This document shows positions 54,109 through 64,000 of a stretch of 64,000 nt of DNA, one piece after another (the first letter of the stretch is position 1; the number at the start of each line of letters is the position of its first letter). The DNA is from an uncultured Planctomycetota bacterium (GTDB lineage Bacteria; Planctomycetota; Planctomycetia; Isosphaerales; Isosphaeraceae), in the NCBI GenBank assembly GCA_963823665.1, contig CAWGMQ010000008.1, positions 1,952,001 to 2,016,000 of the forward strand. Direction: 5' to 3'. A program made the translations under genes and the position numbers. The notes under the pieces were generated by a model. That model was not told where the DNA came from and searched no databases. It worked only from the letters and a program-made list of their open reading frames with translations.

Positions 54109-54202
54109 TTTTGGATTTTGGATTTCGGATTCTAGATTGGCGGAACCCAGTCGTTGCTAGTCGCGCTTGCAATCCAGAATCGCAAATCCAAAATCTAAAA
54201 TC
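54108..54202. repeat. Second heptamer-repeat palindrome
   Basis: ATTTTGGATTTTGGATTTCGGATT..AATCCAGAATCGCAAATCCAAAATCTAAAATC. Confidence 0.85.
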
Positions 54203-54527
54203 GACAAGTGGCCGAACGACAAATCATCTCCGGCGAAGAATGGGTCAGGATCGCACAGTCTCGGTCCAAAGCTCTCCGCTCCCGCCCGTTATACCGACAA
54301 ACGAGCCGACCGCCGCGGAATGCCGTCGTCCGCGAATAGAAATGGTCGGCGAAGTCGTCGCCGTCGGGCCACGTACAGCGCGCCATCACGCCCGAGGCCG
54401 ACAACGGGATCGTCTCCTCGACGCCGTTGCGCGGGCCGCCGTCAAGATAGACACGCAAACCGCCGGTTGCTCGTTTGCAATCGACGATCGCAAACCGCTT
54501 GAATTTGTGACCTGCCGGAGTCGTCAT
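54195..54527 (-). CDS. Hypothetical protein, opposite to module direction
   Basis: 110 codons; VYLDGGPRNG motif; fills the gap exactly. Confidence 0.4.
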   Translation of the reverse strand: MTTPAGHKFKRFAIVDCKRATGGLRVYLDGGPRNGVEETIPLSASGVMARCTWPDGDDFADHFYSRTTAFRGGRLVCRYNGRERRALDRDCAILTHSSPEMICRSATCRF

Positions 54528-55209
54528 GAGTAACCTCCCTGAGCTGACCTCTCCCGTCTATGCTACTGACGAGGACATCCTGGTCAACGCCAGTGGCGAC
54601 TTCGCGACGCTGGCTCCGACCTGGCAGTGCATGGCAAAAGGGACGGACGGCGTCTTCAATTCCGGCCAGCCGTGGATCCTCAACTCGGCCTCCGTCAACT
54701 TCGCGTTGCAGGGCGTCGCGCCCAATCAGGTTGTATGCCTGTCGGGTCCGAAATCGTCCTATCCCGGCGGCGGCGATTTCCTGGCGATCGATTCCGTTTC
54801 CACAAATACGATCACGCTGCGCCGGCCGTACAAAGACCTGAACATCGGCTCGCCGCCCGGTCCGTCGGCCGGCCTGACCGGCGTCACGTTCAACATCACG
54901 ACGTTCGACCCCCAGACGGCCGCTTCAACGTTCGACATCAAGCGGCGGTTCGGGATCGACGAGAATATCACCTTCCGCGACTCGAGCTGGATCTACGATA
55001 TCCAGGACCTGCGGATGGCCGTCGTGTTGTCGGTTCTCTATGACCGCTACACGGCCGAGCTCCGATCGGACCGCGGTGACTGGGTTCGCAAAATGGGCCA
55101 CATTCGCAGCAAGCGGGACGAGATCATCGACCGCGTCCAGGTCCGCTGGGGTCCGTACGGCAACTCGGCCGAGCCCTCGACCGTCTTCTCCTGCAAGATC
55201 AGCCGATGA
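54526..55209 (+). CDS. Head-tail connector-like virion protein
   Basis: GGAG RBS; YAT.ED N-terminal motif, beta insert, helical C-terminus. Confidence 0.55.
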   Translation: MSNLPELTSPVYATDEDILVNASGDFATLAPTWQCMAKGTDGVFNSGQPWILNSASVNFALQGVAPNQVVCLSGPKSSYPGGGDFLAIDSVSTNTITLRRPYKDLNIGSPPGPSAGLTGVTFNITTFDPQTAASTFDIKRRFGIDENITFRDSSWIYDIQDLRMAVVLSVLYDRYTAELRSDRGDWVRKMGHIRSKRDEIIDRVQVRWGPYGNSAEPSTVFSCKISR

Positions 55210-55310
55210 GCACGCTCACCGTAAAACCGAGCAAGATCCAGCAAAACCCTTCGGCCTATCAATCGCTATCGAGAACGCCTCGATATCGACGCTACGTGAG
55301 TCAATAGCCC

Positions 55311-55724
55311 ATGTCGATCAGCTATCAAGACGCCGTTCGTAATACGCGGCTGAACGCCGTCACAACGGCGCTCGGCACGACCGCGTACCTCGAGATTTTC
55401 ACCGGTGCGCCGGCCGGCAAAACCGCCGGGGTTTTCAACGCCGATCCGGGGACGAAGCTCGCATCGCTGGCGTGCTCGAACCCCGTCGCCGGCTCCGCAT
55501 CGGGCGGCGCCCTGACGTTCAGCTCGATCTCGCCGGCCGCGGCGCTCGCCAGCGGGACACCTGGGTCGTTCCGGTTCAAGACCGCGGCCGGCGGCGCACC
55601 GTCGACCGTCATCATCGAGGGCGACGCGGCCGTCGGTTCGGGCTCGCTCAACTTCGCGTCGACGATCTCCAGCGGCGGCACGGTCACGATCACGGCGGGG
55701 GCGATTACCGAGGGCAACGCATGA
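55311..55724 (+). CDS. Phage tail-associated structural protein
   Basis: RNTRLNA..LEIFTG.P..LA..ASGGALTF..GT...FR..VTIT pattern. Confidence 0.7.
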   Translation: MSISYQDAVRNTRLNAVTTALGTTAYLEIFTGAPAGKTAGVFNADPGTKLASLACSNPVAGSASGGALTFSSISPAAALASGTPGSFRFKTAAGGAPSTVIIEGDAAVGSGSLNFASTISSGGTVTITAGAITEGNA

Positions 55725-55984
55725 CGATCACCGAACCGAAGGCGACGGCGACGCTCCGCGGCGAGTGCACCGCCGGCCGCGGACCCGATCTATCGAAGTA
55801 CCCGCTGCTCGCCTTTGTGCCGGGTGAGGGCGTACGGATCGCCAGCAGTGGAACTGGCGCTGTGCGAGTCGCCATCGCCGCGCATCTCGAAATCTACTCG
55901 GCGGTCGCCGCGCGCTTCGGCATCACGGCCGAGGAGGCCGAGCAAGCCTACCGTTATTACACGACTGGTGGGAGCGGCGATTAA
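55721..55984 (+). CDS. Small protein, DUF433-like HTH C-terminus
   Basis: ATGA coupling; VAARFGITAEEAEQAYRYY. Confidence 0.5.
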   Translation: MTITEPKATATLRGECTAGRGPDLSKYPLLAFVPGEGVRIASSGTGAVRVAIAAHLEIYSAVAARFGITAEEAEQAYRYYTTGGSGD

Positions 55985-56700
55985 TGCCTGGCGGCTCCCC
56001 CATAAACGGCGCCCTATCGGTGACCGAAAGCCGCGACATCTTCGCCGGCGCCGCGACGTGCGGCGCCAGCGGCAGCTTGTCGGGCACCGAGCGGCGCGAC
56101 GTCTTTCTGGGCGTCAATACTGGCGCTCTCTACCAGGTTTTCTCGAACACGGGGATCGGCGACGCTATCAATTACGGCGTCCCGATCGCGACGACCGCGG
56201 CGCTTTCCTGGACATCGTCACCGCTGGCCTATCCCGGAACCTGGCGGTTCGGCGTGCGAGCTTTTGACACCGGCGGGGAAGAAGAGAACCTCGACTGTGC
56301 GCTGACCCTGATCCTTTCCAGCTCGGGACTCGACGTCTCCCAGCAACCGGCGCCGCCGTTCGGCTTGCGGGCGTTCCCGACCGCGAACGGCGGGATCCGC
56401 GTCGAGTGGGCGTACAACACGATCAACCCGAAAGTCATCCCGACCGGCTTTCATGTCTACATCGGAACCGGCGGAACCCCCAGCTACGCCATCCCGGCGG
56501 CGACCGTTTCGTTCGCGACCGCGATCGCCGCAACGTTCGTCGCCAATCTGACCGGCCTGTCGAGCGGCACGACGTACACGATCGGCGTCCGGGCCTATAA
56601 CGCCGTCACGGAAGAACCGAACACGAACACTGTCAACTGCACCGCCGACTCGACCGGGCCGTCGGCCGTTGTCTCGCTTACCGCAATGGCCATCGTATAG
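55984..56700 (+). CDS. Fibronectin type III domain virion protein
   Basis: IRVEW..GFHVY..LTGLSSGTTYTIGVRAYN. Confidence 0.8.
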   Translation: MPGGSPINGALSVTESRDIFAGAATCGASGSLSGTERRDVFLGVNTGALYQVFSNTGIGDAINYGVPIATTAALSWTSSPLAYPGTWRFGVRAFDTGGEEENLDCALTLILSSSGLDVSQQPAPPFGLRAFPTANGGIRVEWAYNTINPKVIPTGFHVYIGTGGTPSYAIPAATVSFATAIAATFVANLTGLSSGTTYTIGVRAYNAVTEEPNTNTVNCTADSTGPSAVVSLTAMAIV

Positions 56701-56711
56701 AGGGATACCCC

Positions 56712-59700
56712 ATGTCGCTAAGTAAACTGAGCGGCTCACAGCAGCTCGTGACGGGCCTGACGGCCGTGGGCTCGAGCCAGACGACCGCACTCCAGCTCGC
56801 CGGCCGAAACTCCCTGCAAGAGATCACGACCGTCGGCTCGAGCACCGGCGTCATGCTGCCGGCTCTGACGGAACTGCCCGCGCAGGTCACGATCTGCAAT
56901 CAGGGAAGCAACGCGCTTTCGGTCTACCCGGAAGTCGGCGGGACGATCGATAACGGGATCACCAACGCGGCGGCGATGCTCGGCGCCGGCAAGGCGGCGA
57001 CGTTCGAGGCTTCGAACCTGACCAATTGGTATACGGTTGCGACGACCAACGCCGGGGGCGGCACGGTGAACTCCGTCGCCGCCGGGACCGGCCTGGCCGG
57101 CGGGACGATCACGACGACTGGAACGCTTTCCCTGGCGGCGATCGCCGACAAGTCGGTCCTGGGCAACACTAGCGGCGGGACCGCGGCGCCCGCGGGCGTG
57201 ACGCTTTCCGCGATGATTGATGAAGCAATCGGCAACACGCGGGGCGATATCCTCTATCGAGGCGCGTCGACTTGGTCGGTACTGGCGCCTGGTAGCTCGG
57301 GCAACGTCTTGACGTCGGGCGGCGCCTCGGGCAATCCATCATGGTCGAGTGCTGCCAGCGGCACCGTGACCTCGGTCACGTTCACGGGCGACGGGATCGT
57401 CCTTAGCGCAACCCCCAGCTCGGCCGTCACCACCAGCGGGACCCTGACGGCGGCGCTGGCGGCCCAGTCGGCCAACGTTATCTTGGCCGGGCCCACCACC
57501 GGCTCGGCCCACGTCCCGACGTTCCGGGCTTTGACGGGAGCCGACCTGCCGAACCCCGGCGCCAGCAGCCTTGGCGGCGTCGAGTCGTACGCGGCTGTTT
57601 CCCATCAGTGGATCAATGCGATTTCGACGAGCGGCGTCCCCAGCTCGACGCAGCCGGCCTTCACCGATATCTCAGGGCAAGCCACCCTTGCGCAGCTCCC
57701 CTCGATCGGCACGCTAACGATCCTGGCCAACACGACCGGCGGATCGGCGGTCCCCGCCGCCGACACACTGACGTCGATCATCGATTCTTGCATCGGCTCG
57801 ACTCAGGGCAATATTCTTTATCGCGGAGCGTCGAGCTGGTCGGTACTGGCGCCCGGCACGTCGGGCCAGGTTCTTCAGACCGGCGGCGCCTCGGCCAACC
57901 CATCGTGGACCAATGCCACCGGCGGCGGGACCGTGACCTCGGTCACGTTCACTGGCGATGGGACCGTCCTTAGCGCAACCCCCAGCTCGGCCGTCACCAC
58001 CACCGGGACCCTGACGGCGGCGCTGGCGGCCCAGTCGGCCAACGTCATCTTGGCCGGGCCCGCCACCGGCTCGGCCCACGTCCCGACGTTCCGGGCTCTG
58101 ACGGGAGCCGATCTGCCGAACCCCGGCGCCAGCAGCCTTGGCGGCGTCGAATCGTACGCGGCTGTTTCCCATCAGTGGATCAATGCGATTTCGACGAGCG
58201 GCGTCCCCAGCTCGACCCAGCCGGCCTTCACCGATATCTCGGGGCAAGCCACCCTTGCGCAGCTCCCCTCGATCGGCACGCTAACGATCCTGGCCAACAC
58301 GACCGGCGGATCGGCGGTCCCCGCCGCCGACACACTGACGTCGATCATCGATTCTTGCATCGGCTCGACTCAGGGCAATATTCTTTATCGCGGAGCGTCG
58401 AGCTGGTCGGTACTGGCGCCCGGCACGTCGGGCCAGGTTCTTCAGACCGGCGGCGCCTCGGCCAACCCATCGTGGACCAATGCCACCGGCGGCGGGACCG
58501 TGACCTCGGTCACGTTCACTGGCGACGGCACTGTCCTGTCGTCAACCCCCAGCTCGGCCGTGGCCACCAGCGGAACCCTGACGGCGGCGCTGGCAACCCA
58601 GTCGGCCAACGTCATCCTGGCCGGCCCCGCTTCCGGCTCGGCCCAGGTCCCGACGTTCCGGGCTCTGACGGGAGCTGACCTGCCGAATCCAGGTGCCAGC
58701 AGCTTGGGCGGCGTCGAGAGCTATGCGGCCGTCAGCCACCAGTGGATCAACGCAATTTCGACGAGCGGCGTCCCCAGCTCGACTCAGCCGGCCTTCACCG
58801 ATATCTCGGGGCAAGCCACTCTTGCGCAGCTTCCTTCGATCGGCACTCTGACGGTCCTGGCCAACACGACCGGCGGATCGGCGGTTCCCGCTGCCGATAC
58901 GCTGACGGCGATCATCGACTCGTGCATCGGCTCGACCCAAGGTGACGTCCTCTATCGCGGCGCCTCGGCCTGGTCGGTCCTGGCGCCGGGTACCTCGGGG
59001 CAATTCCTTCAAACCGGAGGCGCCTCGGCCAATCCATCGTGGGCCAATGCCGCGGCCGGCGGGACCGTCACATCGGTCACGTTCACGGGCGATGGCACGG
59101 TCCTGTCGTCGACGCCCAGCTCGGCCGTCACGACGACCGGAACGGTCGCGGCATCGCTTGTGAACCAATCGGCGAACGTCGTACTCGCCGGCCCGGCGAG
59201 CGGATCGGCTGCGGCCCCGACGTTTCGGGCTCTGGGCGCCGCCGACGTGATCGCGGCCAACAATTCGTTCTACTTCGGTTCGGGCCAGGACTCGGCGGCC
59301 ACGATCAGCAGCGGCACGACGACGTTGACTCGTGATATGTACTACACGAACCTGACACTGTCGGGCACCGGTGTGCTCAAACCGGCCGGGTTCCGTGTGT
59401 TCGTGAGCGGCACCCTCGATATTTCCGGTGCTCAAGCGGGCGCGATCGTATTCAACGGCGGCGCGGGCAGCAACGCCACGTCGGCGACCGGCGCCGCTGC
59501 TGGCGCGACTTCGTATGGATCTAACACCACCCTCCAAACCGCGGCCGGCGGGACAAATTCCGGCGGCAGCGGCAGTACAACAAACGGTGGTGGCGGCGGC
59601 AACCCTAACGTGGGGCTGTTGTGGAACGTTCAGTTCTCCGCGCAGGCCGGCGCTGGCGGCGCTGGGACCGGAGGTACGGGCGGCGCTACCGGCTCGGGAA

Positions 59701-60278
59701 CGGGGCCGAATCAAGCTTCCTATCCCTATCGTTACGTGACCGACTTCAAGTCCCCCGTGGCGGTAAACAACGGACAATCAGGCGCCGGCGGCGGTGCGGG
59801 CGGCGGCGATAGCACGAACCCGGGTGGGGGGGGCGGGGGCGGCGGCGGCGCCGGTGGACCCCTCTGGATTGCCGCCGCTACGATCGCCCGCGGCACCAAT
59901 TCAACGGTCGGGATCATCCAGTCAAAAGGCGGCGTCGGCGGCAACGGTTATACGCCGACGGCGGGCAACTGCGGTGGCGGCGGTGGCGGGGCGGGCGGCC
60001 AGGGCGGGCCGGTCGTCATCTATTACGGAGCCGTAACCGGATCGACGATCACGGACGCGATCGACGTCACGGGCGGCGCCGGGGGCACCGGTGGCTCGCT
60101 GGTCGGCTCAGGTAGCGCCAACGGCAACGGCGGCGGCGGCGGACCGGGCGGTTACGTGCTCGTTACGAACCTGGCGACCAACACGCTAACCCAGACCAAT
60201 GGACCGGCCCGCACTAATGCGGCATCGGGCGGCACGACCACGGGCTCGAGTGCCACCACGTCCCAGGCCAATCTGTGA
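56712..60278 (+). CDS. Tail-fibre-like protein with 189-aa tandem repeats and Gly-rich C-terminal domain
   Basis: GTVTSV, PTFRAL and GDILY motifs; repeat starts 57360, 57927, 58494, 59061. Confidence 0.8.
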   Translation: MSLSKLSGSQQLVTGLTAVGSSQTTALQLAGRNSLQEITTVGSSTGVMLPALTELPAQVTICNQGSNALSVYPEVGGTIDNGITNAAAMLGAGKAATFEASNLTNWYTVATTNAGGGTVNSVAAGTGLAGGTITTTGTLSLAAIADKSVLGNTSGGTAAPAGVTLSAMIDEAIGNTRGDILYRGASTWSVLAPGSSGNVLTSGGASGNPSWSSAASGTVTSVTFTGDGIVLSATPSSAVTTSGTLTAALAAQSANVILAGPTTGSAHVPTFRALTGADLPNPGASSLGGVESYAAVSHQWINAISTSGVPSSTQPAFTDISGQATLAQLPSIGTLTILANTTGGSAVPAADTLTSIIDSCIGSTQGNILYRGASSWSVLAPGTSGQVLQTGGASANPSWTNATGGGTVTSVTFTGDGTVLSATPSSAVTTTGTLTAALAAQSANVILAGPATGSAHVPTFRALTGADLPNPGASSLGGVESYAAVSHQWINAISTSGVPSSTQPAFTDISGQATLAQLPSIGTLTILANTTGGSAVPAADTLTSIIDSCIGSTQGNILYRGASSWSVLAPGTSGQVLQTGGASANPSWTNATGGGTVTSVTFTGDGTVLSSTPSSAVATSGTLTAALATQSANVILAGPASGSAQVPTFRALTGADLPNPGASSLGGVESYAAVSHQWINAISTSGVPSSTQPAFTDISGQATLAQLPSIGTLTVLANTTGGSAVPAADTLTAIIDSCIGSTQGDVLYRGASAWSVLAPGTSGQFLQTGGASANPSWANAAAGGTVTSVTFTGDGTVLSSTPSSAVTTTGTVAASLVNQSANVVLAGPASGSAAAPTFRALGAADVIAANNSFYFGSGQDSAATISSGTTTLTRDMYYTNLTLSGTGVLKPAGFRVFVSGTLDISGAQAGAIVFNGGAGSNATSATGAAAGATSYGSNTTLQTAAGGTNSGGSGSTTNGGGGGNPNVGLLWNVQFSAQAGAGGAGTGGTGGATGSGTGPNQASYPYRYVTDFKSPVAVNNGQSGAGGGAGGGDSTNPGGGGGGGGGAGGPLWIAAATIARGTNSTVGIIQSKGGVGGNGYTPTAGNCGGGGGGAGGQGGPVVIYYGAVTGSTITDAIDVTGGAGGTGGSLVGSGSANGNGGGGGPGGYVLVTNLATNTLTQTNGPARTNAASGGTTTGSSATTSQANL

Positions 60279-60328
60279 GCAATCACTTCCCCCGCCAAAC
60301 TCCGCGCTTTTGAGCAGGCACTTCGTCA

Positions 60329-63300
60329 ATGGGCATCCAGTTTTCGACGGTCTCCTCGACCGACAACTTCTACATCGCGACCCCGTCGAATTCGATTGGC
60401 GCGAGCCAGTCGTCGATGTCGGTCCATTGCGCGTTCCAGATCGACGACGTTTTGGGCGCCGGCGACGTGATCTACCTGTTCGGCCAGGGAACCTACAACG
60501 GTTTCCTGGTTCTCGCTTACCGAAGCCGGCGGCAACAACGTTGCCTATTTGATCCTCGACGGGCCGGGCGGCGCTGCCGAAGCCTCGAACGTCGCGCTCG
60601 AGCTCAATACCCCGTATTTCGTCGACATGGTCTGGACCTCGGGTACCCAGACTTTCTATCTCAACGGGCAGGTTATCGCCACCCGCTCGATCAGCGGTAA
60701 CACCCAGGTTGGCCAGCCGATCCATATCGGGTGCTACGGCGGTTCGACCGGGCTCACGATCACGTTCAGTGCTCCCGCGGTATGGGACGGATACGCTCTG
60801 ACGGCGGCCGACGTCGTCAACCTGATGACGGCCCAATACACGCCGCTGACGCTGGTCGGATCGGTTACGACGACCTTGGAAGCCGCGGCCTGGTGCCCGA
60901 CGCTCGAGGGGACGCTCAACGCCACGCCGCAGGCCGGAGACGCGGGCCTGGCCAATCCTGGCACAGCCGGCGCGGGCGCCGGCAACATCAACGTCCTGTC
61001 ATCGTTCACGACGACTTCGGGCGGCTCGGCCCATTACGTCGCCGATCTGGTATTCACGCCGGTCTCGATGACGACGTATGTCAACAGCTCCGGGACCGGC
61101 CTGGTTGTCGGCTTCACGTCGACCAGCGGCCAGCCCACAACTGACACGGTCATTTCGGCCGTCTCGGCGACGCTGCCGACAGTCACCGTCACGCACGCCG
61201 ACCTGACCACGACCGCGTCGACGCTGTACGGTCCAGTCTGGGCCGATACGTCGCGCGACATGCCGTGCGTCGTGTATCAGTTCACGAAGACCTCCGACGG
61301 TTCGCAGCTCTACATCTTGCCGACCGACACCGTCACCTGCACGATCCCCTTCGCCACGATCACGACGACCGGCCTCGGACCGAACGGGCCGGTCACGAAC
61401 GCGACGGTGCCGAATTACGTCGGGCAATACGCGCCGGGTTTCAACGGCTGCACCGGCTTCACGCCTGACCCGACGATGGGAGTCGGCTACTGCGCGGTCG
61501 GTGGGTTCATTCCCGCGTACGACATCAAGCCGGCCCGCAACGCGCGTCTGAGCTTCGGCAAGATGGGCACGCCCGGCACTACCAGTTTCTACGACGCCAA
61601 CAACCAGCCCCTGTACTGGACGCCGGGCGGGACGTTCAGCGCGGCGTTCTGGAACGTTGGCTATCCGAATTACCTGGACAACAACACCTGGCCGACCGCA
61701 GTAGGCGTCTATAGTTTCGTCTTCAAAGACGCCAACGCGCTGAACTCTGGCCAGATGAAAGTCTGGATCACGGCGTCGTCCACAACGTGTCACGGCCAGG
61801 ATACGTCGGCTCCTGGCAACGGCGCCACGTCGACCTACGTCCGCACGGTCGCCGCGGACGGCGTCACCGTGACGGTGTCCTACTGGCTCACCTATGCCAG
61901 TAACCCCAATTTTGCGCACGGGTACAACCTTGCGTTGAACGTGAATTTCTCGAGCACCTCCGGGTACTGGTCGCAGGCCGGGGCGGGGGGTTCTCCCGGC
62001 TCGGGACCGATCAGTGACTTCTGGATGTTCGTTCCGGGCGACTCGACGACGACGGTCTATAACCAGACTTCGTCGGCGACGTCGCAGACCGTGGCGCCTT
62101 GCACGACCGGGTACAGCGGCACGACTCCGTACACCGGGCCGTTCCCGAACACGGGCGGCAACGACACGTCCGACCCGCTGGCGATCTCGGCCTATCTGAA
62201 ATTGATCCTGACCGCCGCCAACGGCAACGGCCCGGCGACGCTGCGGTCGATGCCGCTTAGCCAGGGTTTGCTGAACTGGCAGGTCCCGGCCGATCTGCCG
62301 ACCGCCAGTCTCTGGTCTTACGCGCAAGACATCGTCACGAACGAGCTCACGATCACGAGCATCCGCGCTTACAACACCGACCCGACCAACACCAATTACG
62401 ATTGGTCGAGTACGAAGATTTATCACCCGCTGCTTGGTTTCGACGGCAACGACTACCCGACTGTCGGCGGCAACAACTCGGCAGCCGGCAATTACGTCGA
62501 CCTGACGCTGCACAATAACGCCACCACGGGGTTGCCCGGCACCAAGGACATGGGCGCCTGGATGGGTTGTTGTATGGAAGCCGTGTGCGCTACGGCGCAC
62601 GGTTACCGCGGCGGCGACATGATCACGTTCCCGAACTCGCCGGTCGTCGTGCTCGCGACCACGGGTTACCCCTATACGGCCCTATCGGGCGACTGCACGG
62701 TCACGCAGAACAGTACGACGATCACTTTCGCGACCAGCCAGACGATCATCAACAACACGTGGCTCACGTTCAGCTCGGCCGGGCCAGCGTATCTGATCGC
62801 GACCGGCGGGACCGGGACCACGTTCACCATCAATCCGGAATACGTGGGATCGACCTCGAGCACGGCCACGGCCAGGGTCATATCGGGGACGCCGATCTCG
62901 GGCGCGACGGTTAGCGCGACAAATAACAACACGTCGATCACGTTCACGTCCGGCCGGACAATCGCGAATAACACATCTGTCACGCTTGATTCAAGCGGCT
63001 TGGCGTACGTGATTGGAACGGGGGGAACCGGAACTGCTTTCACGATAGCGCCCGCCTACCAGGGCACGACGGCCAGCGGGCTCACCGCCACGGTCGTCGC
63101 GTCGATTCAGACCTCCCAAAACGTTTCGACGGTCTACCCGACCGGAGCCGACACTTTTACCTTCGTCAGCGGCGAGCTCCGCGGATACGTCAACGGCCCG
63201 ATCCAGCTCCTTGCCACGTCGCCGGTAACGATCAGTATCCCGCTCGTGACCCCCTACACGAACCAGGGAGTCGGACCGCCAGAGTTCTGGGCCAACATAT

Positions 63301-64000
63301 CGGCGAGCGTCGGCGCGGACCCGTGGCTGTTCCTGATGCCACACATGAGCGACGGCTGCCTTCAGCAGTTCGCCGCCAACATCGCCCCGTATTTGCCGTC
63401 CGGGTCGGTAGTGAAATGTGAACTGGGTGATGAGCACTGGAACAATACGGAACTGCTCGGCGAATACTGCGGCTCGTACGCCGGGCTGCTGAACTACATC
63501 ACGCCCGGTACGGCCGTCAATGAGTTTTACACGATTCCTTCGTCGGGCTCGCCGGTACTGAACAACGACGAAACATATACGATCATGGCGGCGCATCAAC
63601 ACGCCGTTTTGCAAGCCAAGTTCGATGCTCTGGGCTCGGGCATCCTGGTCGAGCCGGTGTTTGGCTCATGGTGGACGGGAGGCAGCGGGACAACCGGGAA
63701 CATAATCAGCGCGGCAACCGGCACGTTATCCAATGGGAAGACGTTAACCCAGAAAGTGCCGATCGGCAGCATCGCCGTTGCTCCATACGAGGAAACCCGA
63801 ACGACCAACGTCACGTTCAATGAGGCCATCTCGACGAGCGGCACGAATCCCGGTTCGTGGCCGGTGACCCTGATCGACGATTTCACGGCCCTGTGCTTCA
63901 AGTATTCGACGTTCCAGTGGGGATTGTTTGCGGGCCACAACTCAAAGATCATTCTATACGGGACGAACGGCGGCCCCGCCGCCCGAGCCGGCCAGGTCAA
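60329..64000 (+). CDS. Giant virion/surface protein: LamG-like N-terminus, beta repeats, clan-A glycosidase-like region; frameshift near 60510; runs off window
   Basis: Frame from 60516 read codon by codon, stop-free to 64000; FYLNG..IHIG; GADPWL..ELGDEHWN; IAVAPY. Confidence 0.75.

Noticed and set aside
60999..62600. 533-aa minus-strand ORF
   Set aside because: Antisense shadow of the giant plus-strand ORF.
56712..64000. Diversity-generating retroelement targeting the fibre genes
   Set aside because: No reverse transcriptase in the window, and repeat differences are not adenine-specific.

Overview
GC-rich bacterial DNA that looks planctomycete (Isosphaeraceae-like), inferred from an ECF sigma/Ser-Thr kinase pair, a PEP-CTERM protein, hpnCDE and lineage-typical palindromic repeats. 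Four zones. (1) 1-24345: core genes (ECF sigma + kinase, Gfo/Idh/MocA oxidoreductase, SWIM-SNF2 helicase, hpnCDE, ribBA, TlpA-like protein, rplU, class II ribonucleotide reductase). (2) 24401-40126: nested IS elements (IS630, an unclassified DDE element, 2x IS3, ISL3, 2x IS21, IS66) around a sigma-54 activator. (3) 40613-46432: a decayed tRNA-Arg-targeting integrative element, apparently at a secondary site, carrying glycan/heptose genes and bracketed by 83-bp inverted repeats. (4) 47337-64000: a co-oriented phage- or GTA-like virion module (scaffold, DUF5309/SU10-like capsid, basic peptides, repeat tail fibre, and a >1200-codon LamG/glycosidase-like ORF missed by the ORF track). The most novel signals are two non-coding structures with compensatory base changes: one at the 3' end of both IS3 elements, the other shared between ISL3 and IS21. 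Several single-base frameshifts in otherwise intact genes may be assembly errors. All family calls come from motif recognition by eye, with no database searches.
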